Under the pieces are notes generated by a model. It had not been told where the DNA came from, ran no database searches, and saw only the letters and a program-made list of their open reading frames with translations. A stretch of 64,000 nt of DNA from Octopus sinensis (taxonomy: Eukaryota), in contig NC_043011.1 in the NCBI RefSeq assembly GCF_006345805.1, forward strand, positions 27,974,464-28,038,463, given 5' to 3'. A program made the translations under genes and the position numbers. Of this stretch, positions 63,903-64,000 are shown piece by piece (within the stretch, counting starts at the first letter, position 1; the number at the start of each line of letters is the position of its first letter).

Positions 63903-64000
63903 TATTTTCATTGTTCAACCAAAAATTGAGTGCGCCCAGGACTGTCATGGTGAAAGAAATTTTGCTTTATTCTGAGATTCTTAAAACTTGATTTCTTGTA

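Overview
AT-rich eukaryotic DNA saturated with microsatellites and transposable elements. I recognise no host protein-coding gene; almost every ORF in the track is a translated microsatellite. The SINE families and repeat landscape suggest a cephalopod, probably Octopus (inference, not verified). Recognisable elements: R4/Dong-clade, RTE-clade, L1/Tx1-like and CR1/L2-like LINE fragments, Penelope-like element (PLE) fragments, a mariner relic and a mariner-type MITE, and many tRNA-derived SINEs. The main observation is a dense cluster of type I hammerhead ribozyme (HHR) motifs. Two tandem arrays with ~475-nt, hairpin-rich units carry one HHR per unit (5935-7040 and 22014-23942), which is the retrozyme (circular-RNA retroelement) architecture. 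There is also a canonical GUC-cleaving HHR (34754-34844, minus strand), an inverted HHR pair homologous to array 1 with different but still pairing stems (31298-31898), a minimal PLE-type HHR (28051-28085) and several decayed copies. Six of these loci share a divergent, 5'-inverted layout like that of Penelope pseudo-LTRs. All folds were read by eye; none was computed or assayed. Scattered single-base indels between near-identical units suggest long-read consensus errors, so fine details need raw-read checks. Boundaries of decayed repeats are approximate.
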